Source: Tubulanus polymorphus (Eukaryota > Animalia > Nemertea). From it: 64,000 nt of DNA. Numbering within the stretch: position 1 is the first letter of the stretch; each line of letters opens with the position of its first letter. The position numbers and the translations under genes are program-made. This document shows positions 1 to 23,838 of the stretch, piece by piece. The notes beneath the pieces were generated by a model, which saw only the letters and a list, made by a program, of their open reading frames with translations, was not told where the DNA came from and did not search any database. Where the stretch lies: positions 4,983,950 to 5,047,949 of the forward strand of contig NC_134026.1 in assembly GCF_964204645.1 (NCBI RefSeq), written 5' to 3'.

Positions 1-27
1 CTAATAACTACGTATCTAAAAACTTAC

Positions 28-130
28 CTTTCTTTGGCCGAACTGCTAAAATTTTCACATGAATGCGACCAACAATTTCGTCACCGAAAAGTCCTAGCAG
101 AACGAATAATAAGACTATTCGACCTGGCAT
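28..130 (-). CDS. Probable first coding exon (signal peptide) of a secreted or membrane protein gene that continues left of the window
   Basis: ATG at 130 (-) gives MPGRIVLLFVLLGLFGDEIVGRIHVKILAVRPKK, then a strong phase-1 donor AAG|GTAAGT at 27. Basic residue plus hydrophobic core fits a signal peptide. Confidence 0.45.
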
Positions 131-3100
131 TATGTCATCGAATGAGGAACACGCAGCAAATTTCTGAATGCTTCTTTATTATGTAGCATATGCCACCGAA
201 CTTCGAATGAACATTCTGTTGGTTGCTTTTACTAATTCCGTTTGAGGCACTGCGTTAAAAAATCTTCTAATCTCTAATTGCCTTTAACTATAAGGTATCA
301 TTATGAATATCATCGTTTAGAAATTGTCGCTTTTTACCTATACACAGAGGTAACGAAAATAAGATGGTTGCCATGTGTGCTCGATCACTTTGCTTCGTGA
401 AATCGACCACAGAACGGATCTAACCTAGGCTTTTGAATTCTGCTCAGCTGTGGAAAATAGAAAATTTTGTATTCTTTACCGCTCCGAGATGCAATCTAAG
501 CACAGTTGGGGCATCAAATCTATCTTTCCATGCATCCACAATGTATGGCATTTCGAAAAATTGTTCGATACGTGGAAACAAGAAGTGTATTATTTTCGAT
601 TATTCAAATTTACCCACCATTTTGATAACTTCTTCCAAAACTTGTAAAATAGAAGGGCACTTTGACACACGTGAGTACCGCTCCAGTGGTAAGTAGCGAT
701 AGGCTGGATCCGCCTCTGCTGAAGTCGGACTGATGGGTCATTTTGGTTTCTCAAGTTGAAAAACGCCTTTCTTCTGTGGAAGTCCTTAAATCGTTCGAAT
801 GATCATAATTCAAACGATACTTTTAAGTTATCGCTACTCTAATTTCACGTCGAGTATTTTCCTATTCTGGCCTCCCTAAGCCGTGTTTTGAACACGTGTT
901 TTAGTCATCATACTTGAGAATTAACATGCTCCACACAGTTAAAATATGCATTCATCTCCACGCGCCGACGATTGAACAGTATCCGTATCTGACACTCGAA
1001 AGTAAATAAGCGAAAAAGCGGTGACTACCGAAATAAATCTAAGCCGATAAACACATTTTTGCTGCCATTCTACTACCTGGCTCCTAGTGTTGGCAAATAA
1101 GTCATCCTTCTACTTTCGATAACTTAGATGAGTGCGATATCTCTTCTTTGGATATGAAGCGCTCAGAAATCGAAGAGATGTATATCGTAATTCTTGATGG
1201 ATTGATATTCAAGCACGATCTATCTATTTCTAAAATCAAAAAATGACATGAGAACATAGTTAATTAGTTCGAGTTTTTTCTGTTGCCATACTTTGCTGAA
1301 TATTGTTTCATTGTTTGATTTAGGCTACGAGTGCGCTAGTATAGAGACATGCCGTCGCGGCGTTCCACGGGTTTGCCAAATGAGGTTACTCGACATCCAA
1401 AGGCCGAGACCAGGGATTTCTGTATTCCACCAGACGCCGAAAGCCTACGGCTTTGGTCATTACACTAAGTACACTGATAATTCCGATAAGGGCCCTTAAA
1501 TGAAATCAATTATACCGGTTGATCACCGATGAAGACGACTATGCCTTAGGTCATCTTAAAGATAGGTCCGCTTCGACCTTTTATTCGATTCTCGTTCTTC
1601 GGGAAAATCTGCTTCAATTTTCTGTCACGCTTTTATAGGAACGATGCCATATACGTTGTTCTAAAATGAAATCAAATTACAGAGAGTTTCGCGCTGTGTT
1701 GGAAGCATTCCGGACAGTGCTTAGTTTTAAGGCTCTTATACCTCGCAAAGGTGGTTACATCGGATCGGCTAACTCTCTATATCATCCATCACACGAAGGC
1801 AAATGCCAATTAATTCATCTACGAACGCAGAATCGGTTGATGTCGTGGATTAGCGAAGGAAATTCATCACCGGCCAGATTTACGCATCACGTTCGTCTGC
1901 CCGTAGACGCGGGCTTTTCGGTGATAACGAGTAAATTACGAGTCGATTTCCGTAGCTTTAAGTCTCCGTTCATCAGATACCGACGACTTAAACTTATTAC
2001 GGCCGAATTAAAACCTAGTAAGAACCGCATTTCAGCGGTGATAACGGCACGGCCACATCACTTGTCTTAACAACCGGGTGCTTAATGAGGGATGGATGTT
2101 ATTAATTTCTGATTTTCAGGCGGCGCTTCTCGACTCGGTGTTATTTCAATTCGCAATGACGTACATCAATATTTAATCAGGGATTACACCCAGAGATATG
2201 ACAGGTTTAATTGCATTAAGATGCGACTGCATGAATTGATTCATGAAGTTTCGACAATAAATCTCTAATTCTTACACGTAGTTCGTTATTTACGTTGTTC
2301 GTTTGTTTAAGGGTGAAATAATTGATTTTCGGGGATCTTCTTGGGTCGCTTGAATTTGAAATGAAAATGTTTAAAGAATATGAACTTGATAAGATTATTG
2401 CCACTATGCAGTTTTCGGAAGAAACGCTAGGACCTGGTTCAATGGACAACTAATTCCGAGCTAAATGCATTTTGCGATTTAACCCATTGTTTAACCATCC
2501 AAACTCTTGAACTGAAGGTGCCGATGCTTCCGCATTTCTCAAAATTAGAGGTTCGATATCAGCACGCATATTAGCTGTCGAAGCGAGAACGAAGGTAAAT
2601 TGAAATCAATTATACATTAAATGCGGGGTGTCACCCGACGCATCCCTAATCTCAACTGACTCGTAAATCCCATAATTAAAGTCAACGGACTCTAATTAAT
2701 TGTCCATTTTATGGCGACGAATAGCACGGAATTTGGTTTCATCATTACGTAAATGAACCATTCTTCAGATTCTATTTCTTATCACGCAATAAGTCGTCGG
2801 TGTAAATGCAGTTATAGCCGGGTGTCCATGCACAGTAGCGTCTCCTATCCAAAATATAATACCAGTCCTGACATACTCGACTAGGACAGCTCTCAAACCA
2901 ATGAGATGTGTTTTCGCGTCCAAACTCACGATAAATGCTTAAACATCAACGACACCCGTTCCGAATCAATATCAGGATTGGAACCATCTGAACGCCAGTG
3001 CATCGGGAGAGCAAACTCCTAAACCCATAACCTTAGAGCTATGCGGTCCAAGCTACGGGATACGGGTAATTTTCTCGTAGATCCGAGCAACATCTTACGC

Positions 3101-6100
3101 CCCTTCGACAATCTTGAGACATCAAGTCAAAATTTTGAAATTTTGGAATTGGGTCCCTCGCAAGTTTCTCACGCCCAAACTGTCAGGTAGGACAACCTAG
3201 GAGAAGCGGCTTTCAAAACACTGAAACAGAACATTCACCGAATAAATGACTTCATCAATTTCCTAAATTATATATAGATTCCTAGAAAATGTGTATAAAT
3301 TTATATTTGTTTACGACTTTTTTTTCACTCAGCGAACATTCTGCACGTTACGTTCTCGAATGGCCATTCTTGAAAATGCCACTTTCGTTCCGGGTCGCGC
3401 TGATGACGCCCGCGGGACTCGACACTACACAACACGGACAACGAATTCATGCACGAAACGGCGAGTAAAACGTGAATTTAGATGTGAAATTTTCACCTAA
3501 TGACCGGCCCGAGGATACGGCCAGCGAGTCGCGCTATCTCTAGTCATCAAATTTAATTAATCTTCTATTCTGATAAAGTCGTTGAGACTGAACTGTAATC
3601 AACTGTTTCGCAACTGTCAAATAGAATGCGGTTTTGGGGATACTAAATTCTAATTAAATTTGCGCCTGAACCGTGAATGATTGGCCATATCGGCTACGCT
3701 CATCTTGTCGATATATTAGCACCATTAACTCCGACCTTCTCTCCGAAACGAATTTCTCAAGCGAAATTGTCACAGTTTTTTGAACGAGAAAAAATGCTCA
3801 TTTCGGATGAAATAAAGCTTCTCGTTATTTTCAGCGTAATCAAAATACCTTCCCTGCCTGATAACAATTCGTGGCGCTTGCTAAAAACTGTGCACAGACG
3901 TGGAAAGAGCTTATGTATATATCAACGTTAATTTGAAGACCTAAAAGTAAATTAAAGAGCATCAACATCCGACTAAGGAACGACCGAATCGTGCCGCTCT
4001 CAACGGTGACTAAGCCGTTTTTTTCATACGCTTTAGTCCGGTAGCACGCAATCGATTGCCGTGTGCGCTCCAAACCGGTCCTCGGAAATTCGATTTGGCG
4101 TGTATATTCAAAAAATTTCATCCGTCCTAATTGAATCAGAATTATTATTTGAGAAGGCGTGCGGGTCAGGTATATGTATATAATAAGATAGTCGTCTGGA
4201 GTTCTAAATGTCGTGCGTGCAACTGTCACATTCGCGATGCCCCATGCTGTCGTCATTAAGGCGCGCCTTTAATGCATGATTTATGCGTTCTGGTCGTATT
4301 ATCCCAATTAAGGATAGTGTCTACGCTCATCCTGGCGAGTTTTGAAGTCCGTAAGAAGATTATCGCACACACTCTCGTGTCCCCGGTTGGTGTTGTTTGC
4401 TGCCGCGAGAGGCAAAGTCAACTCAATCCACGGCGGCGTTTACGCTTGAAGCGTTATTAACCCTACTAATAGATCAGCTTCAACCCAAGCGACCTTCTAA
4501 ACGAATCCTCAAATTAAGTTAGCACTTGTCGGTGGGGACATATTGCATATTGTAGCGTGATTGCCTGTGGAACAGCCGTTCTCGGGCTAAAAGACAGTCG
4601 CGCCGGCGAAAAAATCCAGGTTAATCTAATGAACAGGCTCGGTAACAATATGAACCACGCACAAGCTGTACCACCACGCTGAATAGATGCCTAATTCTAG
4701 GCGGCCGTTAGAAAATTAGATTTTCTATGGGTTTAAGAAGATTTCACGATCATGCGGTAGTTAGCACGCTATGATGATGCCTTCCTCCACGAGCTGAAAA
4801 TAATCGGCCGACCAGACAACACGGTCGTATGGTCAAATAGAGTTGACATGTCCACAGATTACGGCCCCTGGAATCGGCTTGTCTCGTGGTCACTTCGACA
4901 GGTCATTAAGGCATAAAAGCATACGTAATGACACTTTATACTCATTTACACTACTGGCTATCATCCAGTTCTTGGATTCATGGAAGATTTCTTTCGTAAA
5001 TATATGGCTTGAACGACGAACTTATCACCGTATATCTAACCCTGATGATATTAATACAAATCACTTGCCCCAATGGAAACGCTTCTGAGTACGAAAACAT
5101 TTTTTCATCTTATACACAAATAACAACGTGTCCCAGGCTGAATGGAAAAACAACCGACACAGAGGTAGACTTCAGGTTACAGTTCACAAATCATGTTCAA
5201 AACAATGATTTTTAATTATGTGTTAATACAAATATGCACTCATCCGATAGTCTGGAATAGAATTGATTTCTTCTTTTAACATCGAAGGATCTTGAAATAT
5301 TCCCGTCTGGTTTACTGTAGCGATATTTGGACACGTGCGTGGGGACACGCATTCTAAACCGCAAAGTTTCGAATGTCGGTTGGCAGCCTGATGCATATTT
5401 AATGCGGTGATTGCTTCATACCACTCTTTCGTCTTTTGATCTCGATGCGGCTTCTCGTAAGATTAAAGACTTTCGATTGTCGCTCGCTGAAAACGTAAAT
5501 CTTTAATCGACTCGTGATCTTTTCCGTGTTATAAAACGTGTTAACGCATTAGAACAACATCGACCATTGACCGAAAGGTGAGGAGGGGAGGTTACATCTT
5601 GAGGCCGGATATTGAAAATTAAAAAAAAAAACGTTAACGGTGTTGAAAATACCAACATGAATCCGATATCAGTTTTTACAATTTCAGTTTTCGTCAATAG
5701 ATTAATTCTGAACTTCCTCTTGAAGGATCTATGATTACTTAGGTTTTTAATCTGTATCAATTTCGCTAATTCAGCTTGAATAAATTTTCAATGAAGAATA
5801 TGTAAATATGTTCTCCAATGAATAATATATAACCGTTAAGTTCGATTTGTTTTTTTAATGCTTACGACAATGACATTTTCGTGCTTTCGCTATTATCAGT
5901 TGAGGAAGGAGCCCGATGTAACACCGTCGGCTACCCTGGTTCTGTTGTCCAAACGACTTAAGCCGATCGGAAACTTCGTTATCCGTGTACAGACAGACGG
6001 ATAATTCGTTTGAAATCAGGCTCGTGATACCCTTACAGCGGCTTCTTGACGTCGAATGTGATCTAATTAAGAGATTTTGTTGATCCGAGGAATTTGCCTA

Positions 6101-6828
6101 TTAACCGTTGAACGCATCCGTATACTTGAAGGGCACCATAGAACGCACTCCGATTGGAGCCTTAAAAACCATGATTAAACGCGCATACGCGTGGAACTCT
6201 TACGAAACAAACACATCCAGTTTGCCAGGCGTATGAGACAGATTTTTTTGATGAAAATTTCATTTTGTCGATGATTTAAATTTCATTATCTATTTACACT
6301 CCCCAAGAAGAAAAATCCGAATAGGCTGGTTCGTATATTCGTTACTCAAACTGAAAGAGACTAACATTGGATAGCTTGGCATTGCGCATAGAAAATATCG
6401 AATATTGCAAAGATTGTCGCTATTACCTCGCTTTTACACAACGGAATTTTCTATTTTGCATGCACTGTGAGTTGCAGAAACCAACTTTTCAGAAGCCGGT
6501 AGCATCTTGCCCCTTTAGCGCGATTACTTACACTTCATCGTCAAATATGATATTTCCATTCAAAAAAGAACCTATCAATAACAGGCCTTTCGGTAGTTAT
6601 GCATAAAACCTTTTGAGTTTGCTTTAAAACTTCAATGAATACTTCCCCCTCTAATCGATTTGCAACAAGATTCATGCAATAAAAACTTTTACATTAGTTT
6701 TCACAAGTTTCCTAATCGTTTGCATGCACCTCTTCTTGCCGCAAGAAAAAGTTCGGACTACTTTAAGCAGACGTGTTACGATATGAGTCAGCGGCTGTAA
6801 GAGCCCTCGCGCGTGAGTGGCCGAGCGC

Positions 6829-6835
6829 TATAAAA
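6829..6835 (+). promoter_or_regulatory. Candidate TATA box of PRDM14, with TGAGTCA (AP-1-type) at 6784-6790
   Basis: TATAAAA after a GC-richer patch, about 325 nt upstream of the inferred ATG at 7155. Motif match only. Confidence 0.35.
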
Positions 6836-7154
6836 GTTTGATTAGAAGACCGCCAATCAGAGCCCAAGTTTACGGTTACAGTACGGAATTCGAAGGTGGT
6901 TTATAGCACGCGATTTGCTACAACCGTGTATTTGAAACTTTCTTAAGCATCATCTTAACAACTCTTAACCAACACTCATACTTCGCGGAGAAAGAACATA
7001 AGAACAAGTATTCTTTCTCTAAGTTTTTGTACGACGAAAAATATCAACAAATTCAGAAAAGAGTCGCCGCTGCTGTGGCGTTTGGAAATCTAAAAAAGAA
7101 ATTTGACAGTCATTTTAAAAACTGAGAATTCCACATGTGGGCATTGTAACAAAG

Positions 7155-16312
<9,158 letters not shown>

Positions 16313-16679
16313 TGCGGGCGCGAATATACATTCCAGACAGTAACGATCTTTATGATAGTCTGCATGAACTGTGCAAGAACGGTCACTAAATTGTACATAT
16401 GTAAAATATCAATCATATTGTTGTAAATTTCTATTACTTGTTGAATTCTATGTAAAATAAACGAAGCCTTTCCAGTGTGAAAAATATCCTTCTTGACAAA
16501 ATCTTCATTATCGATCAAACGGTTCAAACGTAAATACAGTGTAACTATATCTTTCACTTATGAAGTTTATTGATATAAAGGATGTATACAATGATGAAGG
16601 ATGTATCGGAGAAATGAGAAAATCTACACGAGTTCGCAGACGATTGATGGAAATGTAGTTTATGACCGGATCGTGTCGG

Positions 16680-19600
16680 TTACCGCTGTGCGAAAAATCC
16701 GAACTGACTGATGAAACAATACGGTTTCAATCTATCGGGACCTCTGAAAAACGAAACAAAAATGTTAACACAACTCCTTCCCGAACAGCAGAATAAAATT
16801 TCACAGGCCAGAGCCAACTTTCAGGAAACTCAGATTTTTGGCTACCCGATTGTGGCTCCAGGGCTAATATTCCAACATTCCACTTTAGCCTTATTTCCTT
16901 GGCTAAATTAGGCTCAAACCCTCTTAATCTTATCAATTTAACACTCTTTACTACCTGGCTATTCTTGGTAATATTTTTTCACGAGGAAACTCTACCGGGC
17001 CATCCATTAAACTGCCTCCGGACTCCGCCTCCAAGTATACGTCGACGCACATGAGTAAACGCTGAATCTGATTGGTCAACAGCTCATCGGCTGTTTTAGC
17101 ACCGGTCAGTTCCTGACAGTAGACATTCAGTTCGGCCTCGATCATCTGAAAAATATCAGCGGCAAAATATTTCAAATTGCGTTGAAGTTTAAGACACTTA
17201 AAAGTTTCCATGTTTTTACTACTCAAATATTTCATTCATAAAGTCTAAGCAATCAGCCATTATCTAATCCTATTTGTTGTTGAGTTTGTTTTTGATTAAG
17301 ATTAGAATCAACCTGTTATTTGTAAATACAAAGCTAAATTTCGTAAATAAGTAAGTTTTCTGCTACGTACCCGGATGTTTTCATCGTTAGTGTTGTTACG
17401 ACTGTTTTTCCAATTCAAATTCAGAGCTATGATCGGCGTTTGATTCGGATAATCGGGACTTAACACAATCTGTGCGTCGAGACGAGCTAAAAACAGACAC
17501 AAAACTGGTTTATTTTGCAGGCAATTTTCAAGTCAAAAAGATGCTTTTCATACTTTGGGAAGATCTGATTAAAGGGAAGCAATATCCAAATATTTTTCCG
17601 TTGACACCTGCCCACCAATTATCCCTGGTCTGAGATGTCCTCGAAAAAATGAAAACATACCCGATCCTCGCTCGATTGATGCTTCAAATATCATGTCGGC
17701 TTCGTGCACTAGCTTTGCTTCGACAATCGATTTTGTATACGGTAAAAGCTGAAAATAGCAATCAAATAAAAAGTTCCATAAATCAGAAACAATTGAGCGC
17801 AAACGCCTGGATATATTGTTCTAGATATACAGGTATACTGACTAAAGCATTCTGACAATTATATCCACCACTTAATTGAATTACAGTGGAACCTCATCAC
17901 ACCAAACTTCAGGGGCCTACGAAATGTGTTTGTAATGCTCCTAGCTGCTCCTTATATCTAGTATATCATTCTCAAAATTTTCCTTTCGGAGACGAAATTC
18001 TCGGTTAGATGGTCGGTTCTTGGTCCAATAGAGATCGTTAAATCGAAGGTTGTTAAAATGAGGTTCGACTGTACAACTCCACCTATTTAACCGAGTTAAC
18101 CATATGCATTTACGCTTAGTCTATAAAACCAGCCCCTGGAAATGTACAGCATCGTAATTCACAAGGAAACTTATATAACTCACGATATAATCTTCGTAAG
18201 TTGACCGTTTCCAAGAAATGACTCTCGAACTGATTTTCACCGGGAACAATTTCTGATGCTCTTTCGACACCGACACATTGCCTTTTTCTACAATTGAAGA
18301 AATAAGCATGGCTTTTACTATCATGCATAATCCGAATCATTACGGACGAATGGAATTATGAGATCTTTGGTTTAAGACATTAAGACTCTTAAGTAAATTT
18401 TGTTATCTGATATTGATCCTTCAAAAGCGGTACTAGTCACACCTAATTAATCCAGATCTACTCGTATATTTCAATGCAGAATACAACTTTCAATCTAGAT
18501 TGACAATTTTACCTAATGCTGCAATCTGCTTTTGTAATGCTAGTCGCGTGAGGATACGTTTACGCAGTTTCTTAATTATGTCGTCCATATGACTGGCGCT
18601 GATGTCTTTCTGAGCGTGAGTTTCAGCGCCGCTTCCATCAACGAACTGTAACCCGGCAATCCACTGCACCCATATATACGGATAGCCGATTTGTTCTATG
18701 TAGGATTTGATATTGTTATCCATGCTGCAATATACAAACCAAATTAAACCGCTTCGATACTTAGAAAAATACTTTTCAAGTTGACGATAGTTTCTTTTTC
18801 TGGATGATTGTCCCTCTAATTCATTGAATTGAATCACAATCAAACCCGCGTAATCTATATGCAACATACCCTAATTTAGACAATTGAAACTTGTTGGCAG
18901 GATTCGGAGTGGTGCTACCATGATCACCGGGGTATAAACAATCCAATAACGTATCTGCACTCAGTAGGTCACTGAAAGGGTAGAATTACCGTTATAAACA
19001 ACTATAATAGGACATCGCAAAATCTTAGTCACAATGAATTAATCACGATTGATAGTCTCACCCTCCAGCGATTGAGTTATTGACATCACTAGACACGGTT
19101 ATTTGCGGTTTAACAGTTACGATCTTCAACAATGTCAAATAGCTGAACGTTAGAACCAACGACGAGTCTACAAAAGAAGATCAATAAAATCAGAACGCTG
19201 AACATTTTTGCAACATTCTTTTCACAATTAGGTATAAATCTAGTTCGTCAGTTTTGATAGTTGAGTTGAGCAACACAAAATACATATTCACCATTTGTTT
19301 GTATCTTGAATACAACTGATAACGGATGTCGACTTAACATCTTTGTCCTTTTTTCAGCCATTCGATTTTCAACAGTTTTTCGTCGTCTCTTCTGTAGAAT
19401 TTTGAAAACACAAAATTCAAAAGTGAATGCAAAAACAGATGTTATCATAAACATAGTTTAAGGAGCAACAGGGATACAAGTCTTGCCCGGAGACTATGGG
19501 TGTCCTGTCATCGAGCGACAAGACCAGACTAAGCGATTCCTCTAAATGACATGGTAGTTTTCACCAAAAATAAAAGTAATTTGACATCAAAAATAGTAGC

Positions 19601-22600
19601 TTTATCGAAAATAAATGAGAAATTATTCTGATTTTGAGTGTTTTGATTTTTAAGGAATAGTCAGATCTTAAGAAGAGTAGAAACTACTTTCAAAATATTA
19701 TTAGTTATAAATCAGGTCTGAGCCACTCGCCGCAGTGGATTGTCTATGATTGTTTACACACCCTTTTACGCTGATTCTCTTCTCCCTCTTGGTCACTGAC
19801 GTCGCTGTCATCTTCTGCAAAATAAAATCGTTTTGTAAATCGTGTATTCAACCAATTTGAAATGAAACGTCGATTAGCAAAAATATATTTTCTCAGATGT
19901 TGAGTATTCCATATATTGATTACTCACCTAAATCTGGCACGACGTTCGCCTGGATTTTAGCATCTTCGACATCTCCCTCAATAGATACAGTAATATCTTT
20001 ATCTAAAATCAAGCAACACATGTGAAATTTCAGCGTAAATCTGAAGTGAAGATAGATAGAGTACAGGATCCAAACAGCTTGTTTTTTCTTGGATACAAGG
20101 AGTTTTCAAGGAGTTATGAAGGAGAAAATTACAAATTACGAGGAAGTGTCAGCATCACTTTTATATCCCAATTATAGTAGACCTAACCGGTACTGTTTTA
20201 TTCAGTGGTTTTGTAAGCAAATTTCTATCCTTTACACTACCAAACTCAGTGTTTTATTCGGTAACCACTATATTGGGTTAAAACAAATTGTGGTTCCAAC
20301 TGTAGGTTTCCGATTTAAGCGTAGTTTTCTGTACAACTACAAACATTTCTGATTGCCTATTTCTCTTTTTAAATAAGTTTTCATAAAATCTTAAGTTTTG
20401 AAGTTTTAATGAGGTTTTTGCTAAAATCAAAGGAGTTTCAAGCACCTTCGAAAACATTTTCTGTACAGTAGTTTTTATGGAATCACTGAGTGGTAGGGAG
20501 CCTGAAGAGAAGCCACCACACTAAGATCTAGAACTTACTGTAGGCATCTTTGTATCCGGTAACTTGCATATACAGAACGTATAAAGGCGTCGGTAAATAT
20601 TGAGCCGTGCGATATTGCTCACGCATCTCATCAAATGGCATACCGAGATATTCTTGAGTTGCCTTCGTCGACTGAATATTAAAAAGACATGATCATCACA
20701 ATTTTGATTATTATTGATTCGACATTTCAATAACAAAGATCAAATTCAAAATTCATTGACAAACCTCTAATATAGACTGAAGTTTGGGTTGCAGACTGTC
20801 TAGAATTTCTTGTTTCGACTTGATTTCCTTGGTAATTACTGCCTTCATGCCACTGGTTTCTTTTAATTTCGCGTCCAAGCTTAAATTGAAAGATTTCCGC
20901 GATCACGTGGCCAAATATCTCTCAGAGAGTGTGCGGTCAGGTGACCTGAGTGTACCTGAGATCTGGCAAACGAGTCTTGGCTGAATCAACGACTCGACCT
21001 TACGAATGCGGCATCTGATTGTTCTTAATATAAGACTGAATTGCAGATAATCAATTCAGATTTTATGTGATCAGAGCAAAGGTTCACCCAACGATCAACC
21101 TGATTCTATGAGCCATTTCTCGACTGTTTTCTTAATCTTTTACAACCGATGACGATGTTTTACATTTTATACGCGGATCTGTTCACGTTGATGAAACAGT
21201 TTTTTCAAAGAATACATACCGCTTCCTTTGCTCTAATTCCCAATCCAAACGAGCTATAGTTTGAAGATGGTCATCGGCCTTAGTCTTATCCTAAAATAGA
21301 GAAAAAATCACATCAATAATATAATCAATCTTTTTTGAACTGTTGTTTTACTGAATGAAATGACCATGTAGAATAGGAAACAGAGACAACAAAGGAGTAA
21401 ATTTAGATAAATCAATGATAGAAAATACAGGACATTTCATCGATTGACTTGAAATTCTGCTTACCGGTTTTGAGATTTCTTCTGGTGCTTCCTTATAAAA
21501 TTCATCAACGCTAACTAAATCGATTTCTTCGTCTTTCGATCGGAATTCCAAACATTTGTTGATCTCCTTATCCAAATGCATCGCTTCGTAGAGTAGATTT
21601 TGCAGTTGCAAGTGATACTGGTCGATCTTCTGTTTGGCCTTCAGAGAATATAATTCAATTTATATTTTATGCACTTGATGAATGCATTGTTTCACAAAGT
21701 TTCACCAAATATTTCTCATTGAGTTGCTGCATAAATCTCCATACATGGTTTGTAGCAATGAGGATTAAGCTAAAGTTAACACTTTCAGTGTGGAAAAAGA
21801 AGCACTTTTTTAGTCAATTCCACACATGATAGACAATGAAACTGCTCAACACGATTTGTCAAACCATAACAATAAACTAGGTATGGACAAATCACAAAGT
21901 TATCCTTGCGCTAGGACATGTTAAACTGCCAGTAGCGATGTGTGCTTGGCTCTGATTGTTTGATCAACACTCAATAACACTATTATGAATGTTGTAATAA
22001 AAAGTGGCACTTTTCAGCAATTCTTGACATATTCATGAAAATTAAGCACAAATCAGGACCTAGATAAATTTTTCTTGGCTTGCAAGACTTAGGCCTACTA
22101 AAACCCATGCCATGTTTGGAAATAAAAAAACCCCACAAATTTAATGATATAATATGTACCTCATTCGTCGAATCTCTGACTTTCTTGCAGCGTAAATGAG
22201 ACAGTCTGTTCAATTTCTTCAGAACGACGAATTGCAACGACCCGTGAATACGCATATTTTCAATACTTTCAGATACCTGGAGGACACATAAATCATCACG
22301 AAATCCAATATTAGAGTTCTGTGATCGAAATGTATCGAATTTATCAGTAGTGAGGAAAGTCTGTAATAATCTCATGAATACAATACCACAATACCTTTGC
22401 ATTAACCGAAGTATCGGTTTCAAGTCTCGCTGCAGATTTCAGCGCATGTATTTCCGTAATGGCTTTCCTCAATTCGTCACAGGCTTTTTTATGAACATTC
22501 TGATCTTCGTTAATCGTGCGTTTACTAACTTCATCTTCTTCCCAGCGTAGAGCCATTTTAGGCTGAAAATAAACCACAGATATAGCCTACCAGTATAGAT

Positions 22601-23739
22601 AATACTTATTGATTATTACTTATTGGTATATTGTTGCAGGCCGTATTTAGGGGGGTTTCGGAGTGCAAACGAAAGACCTTAAGAAAATTTGAGTATCAAT
22701 TTCAAAAGGTTCACTCATTGGTAACACTTTTTCCGTCGTTTTTGTTCAAAATATACACTTGTTTCATAACTTGCTAGATTTGAGGCCAAATATGAGATTA
22801 TAGGAAAAAGAAACAAAACTATCACTCCAAATGTGCTAGAAGTTGCCTTATGAATGCAAGACTGTAGCCAGCACAGTTCAGGTATCCTAAAGGTATCTAA
22901 ACCCTCATTCTATCCTTAGCAACACTAGCGAAATGTAAAACTATTATCAAAACGACAATTTTTTCACAGAAAACTAAAACATTTTCTATACTGCATGGAC
23001 ATTAATGTTCCAAAAGGAAAATTCATCATTTTTGCGCTGTTATTGAATATGAAACATTAGCCTTGATTCAAAAATAATTCCAAACAAGAAAAAGAAGTTT
23101 TGTTAAGAAAGGGAGGTGAATAGCATGCCTATGACAAGTTTTCTGCACTAAGGTATGAGTCGACCTGCTCATAGTGTAGCCAAAGGTGCGGAGCCAGGAT
23201 TTTTTCCAGGAGAGGTTCATGAAAATGTTGATGTTAAACTGCTGACTCAAATCTCTAGCGAGGGGCTTATACCGCATATTGTTTGGCCAGTACCGATTAT
23301 GGAGTACTGTCCGCCCGCTTTATCTTGTGTACATTCCTTCAAGAAAAAGATTAATACATTTTCTTGGTAGCTGAGCAGGGGGGTCATGACTCCTGAAACC
23401 CCCCCCTCTAGTTCCGCGCCTGCCAGACCGGGGAAGGGGAGCAGAAAAACTGCATTTTTGGATTTAGACCAAATATACTTTACACCCCACAAATAATCTT
23501 CACATTAGACATACATCTTTGGGTTTGTCTTTAATGATGTTATCTCTAGAAATAAGGTTTCCTGCTTTCCCTTTGACGTCTTTCAGGGATGTTGATGTAG
23601 CTGAACCAGCAGTTGTTGATGTCGATGAAGAAGAGGCAGTGATAATGCGCCTACTCTCTTCTGTAGCGACTGTTGGCGATTCAGTTTTTATGGTTCTGCG
23701 TCGTTTTGGTTGTTCTTTATTCGGACTTGTAGCCGACAT
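16680..23739 (-). CDS. THOC5: THO complex subunit 5 (Fms-interacting protein), multi-exon
   Basis: Exons read include 23739-23515, 22562-22395, 22276-22160 ([19 protein letters not shown]), 21638-21465 ([35 protein letters not shown]), 21290-21220 ([11 protein letters not shown]), [28 protein letters not shown] and a terminal exon [20 protein letters not shown]. These match recalled THOC5 motifs. Confidence 0.95.
17884..18071. mobile_element. Tc1/mariner (pogo/Tigger-type) MITE in a THOC5 intron
   Basis: TA|CAGTGGAACCTCAT ... ATGAGGTTCGACTG|TA: inverted termini and a TA target duplication. Confidence 0.7.
23184..23422. mobile_element. Degenerate MITE-like element (CAGGxGCGGA-type termini) in THOC5 intron 1
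   Basis: AGGTGCGGAGCCAGG ... CTAGTTCCGCGCCTG imperfect inverted ends with G/C runs near the end. Related half-ends lie near 703-718 and 15618-15633. No clear target-site duplication. Confidence 0.45.
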
Positions 23740-23830
23740 GACGAATCTTCGTTATTTTATCGCGAGAACAGGTCAAATCGGTCGGACTCGGAGTTATTGT
23801 TGCCGAAAAACCGAAAATTTCTTTTTCATT

Positions 23831-23838
23831 CACTTCCG
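23831..23838 (-). promoter_or_regulatory. ETS/GABP-type motif (CGGAAGTG on -) just upstream of THOC5
   Basis: CACTTCCG on +, about 90 nt 5' of the ATG. Typical of housekeeping promoters; motif match only. Confidence 0.3.

Noticed and set aside
433-6606. Short ORFs upstream of PRDM14
   Set aside because: No recognisable domains, no consistent splice chain, and lengths expected by chance.
19470-21980. Possible intronic snoRNAs in THOC5 introns (small hairpins near 19480-19535 and 20920-21020)
   Set aside because: No convincing paired C/D or H/ACA boxes seen by eye; this needs a covariance-model search.
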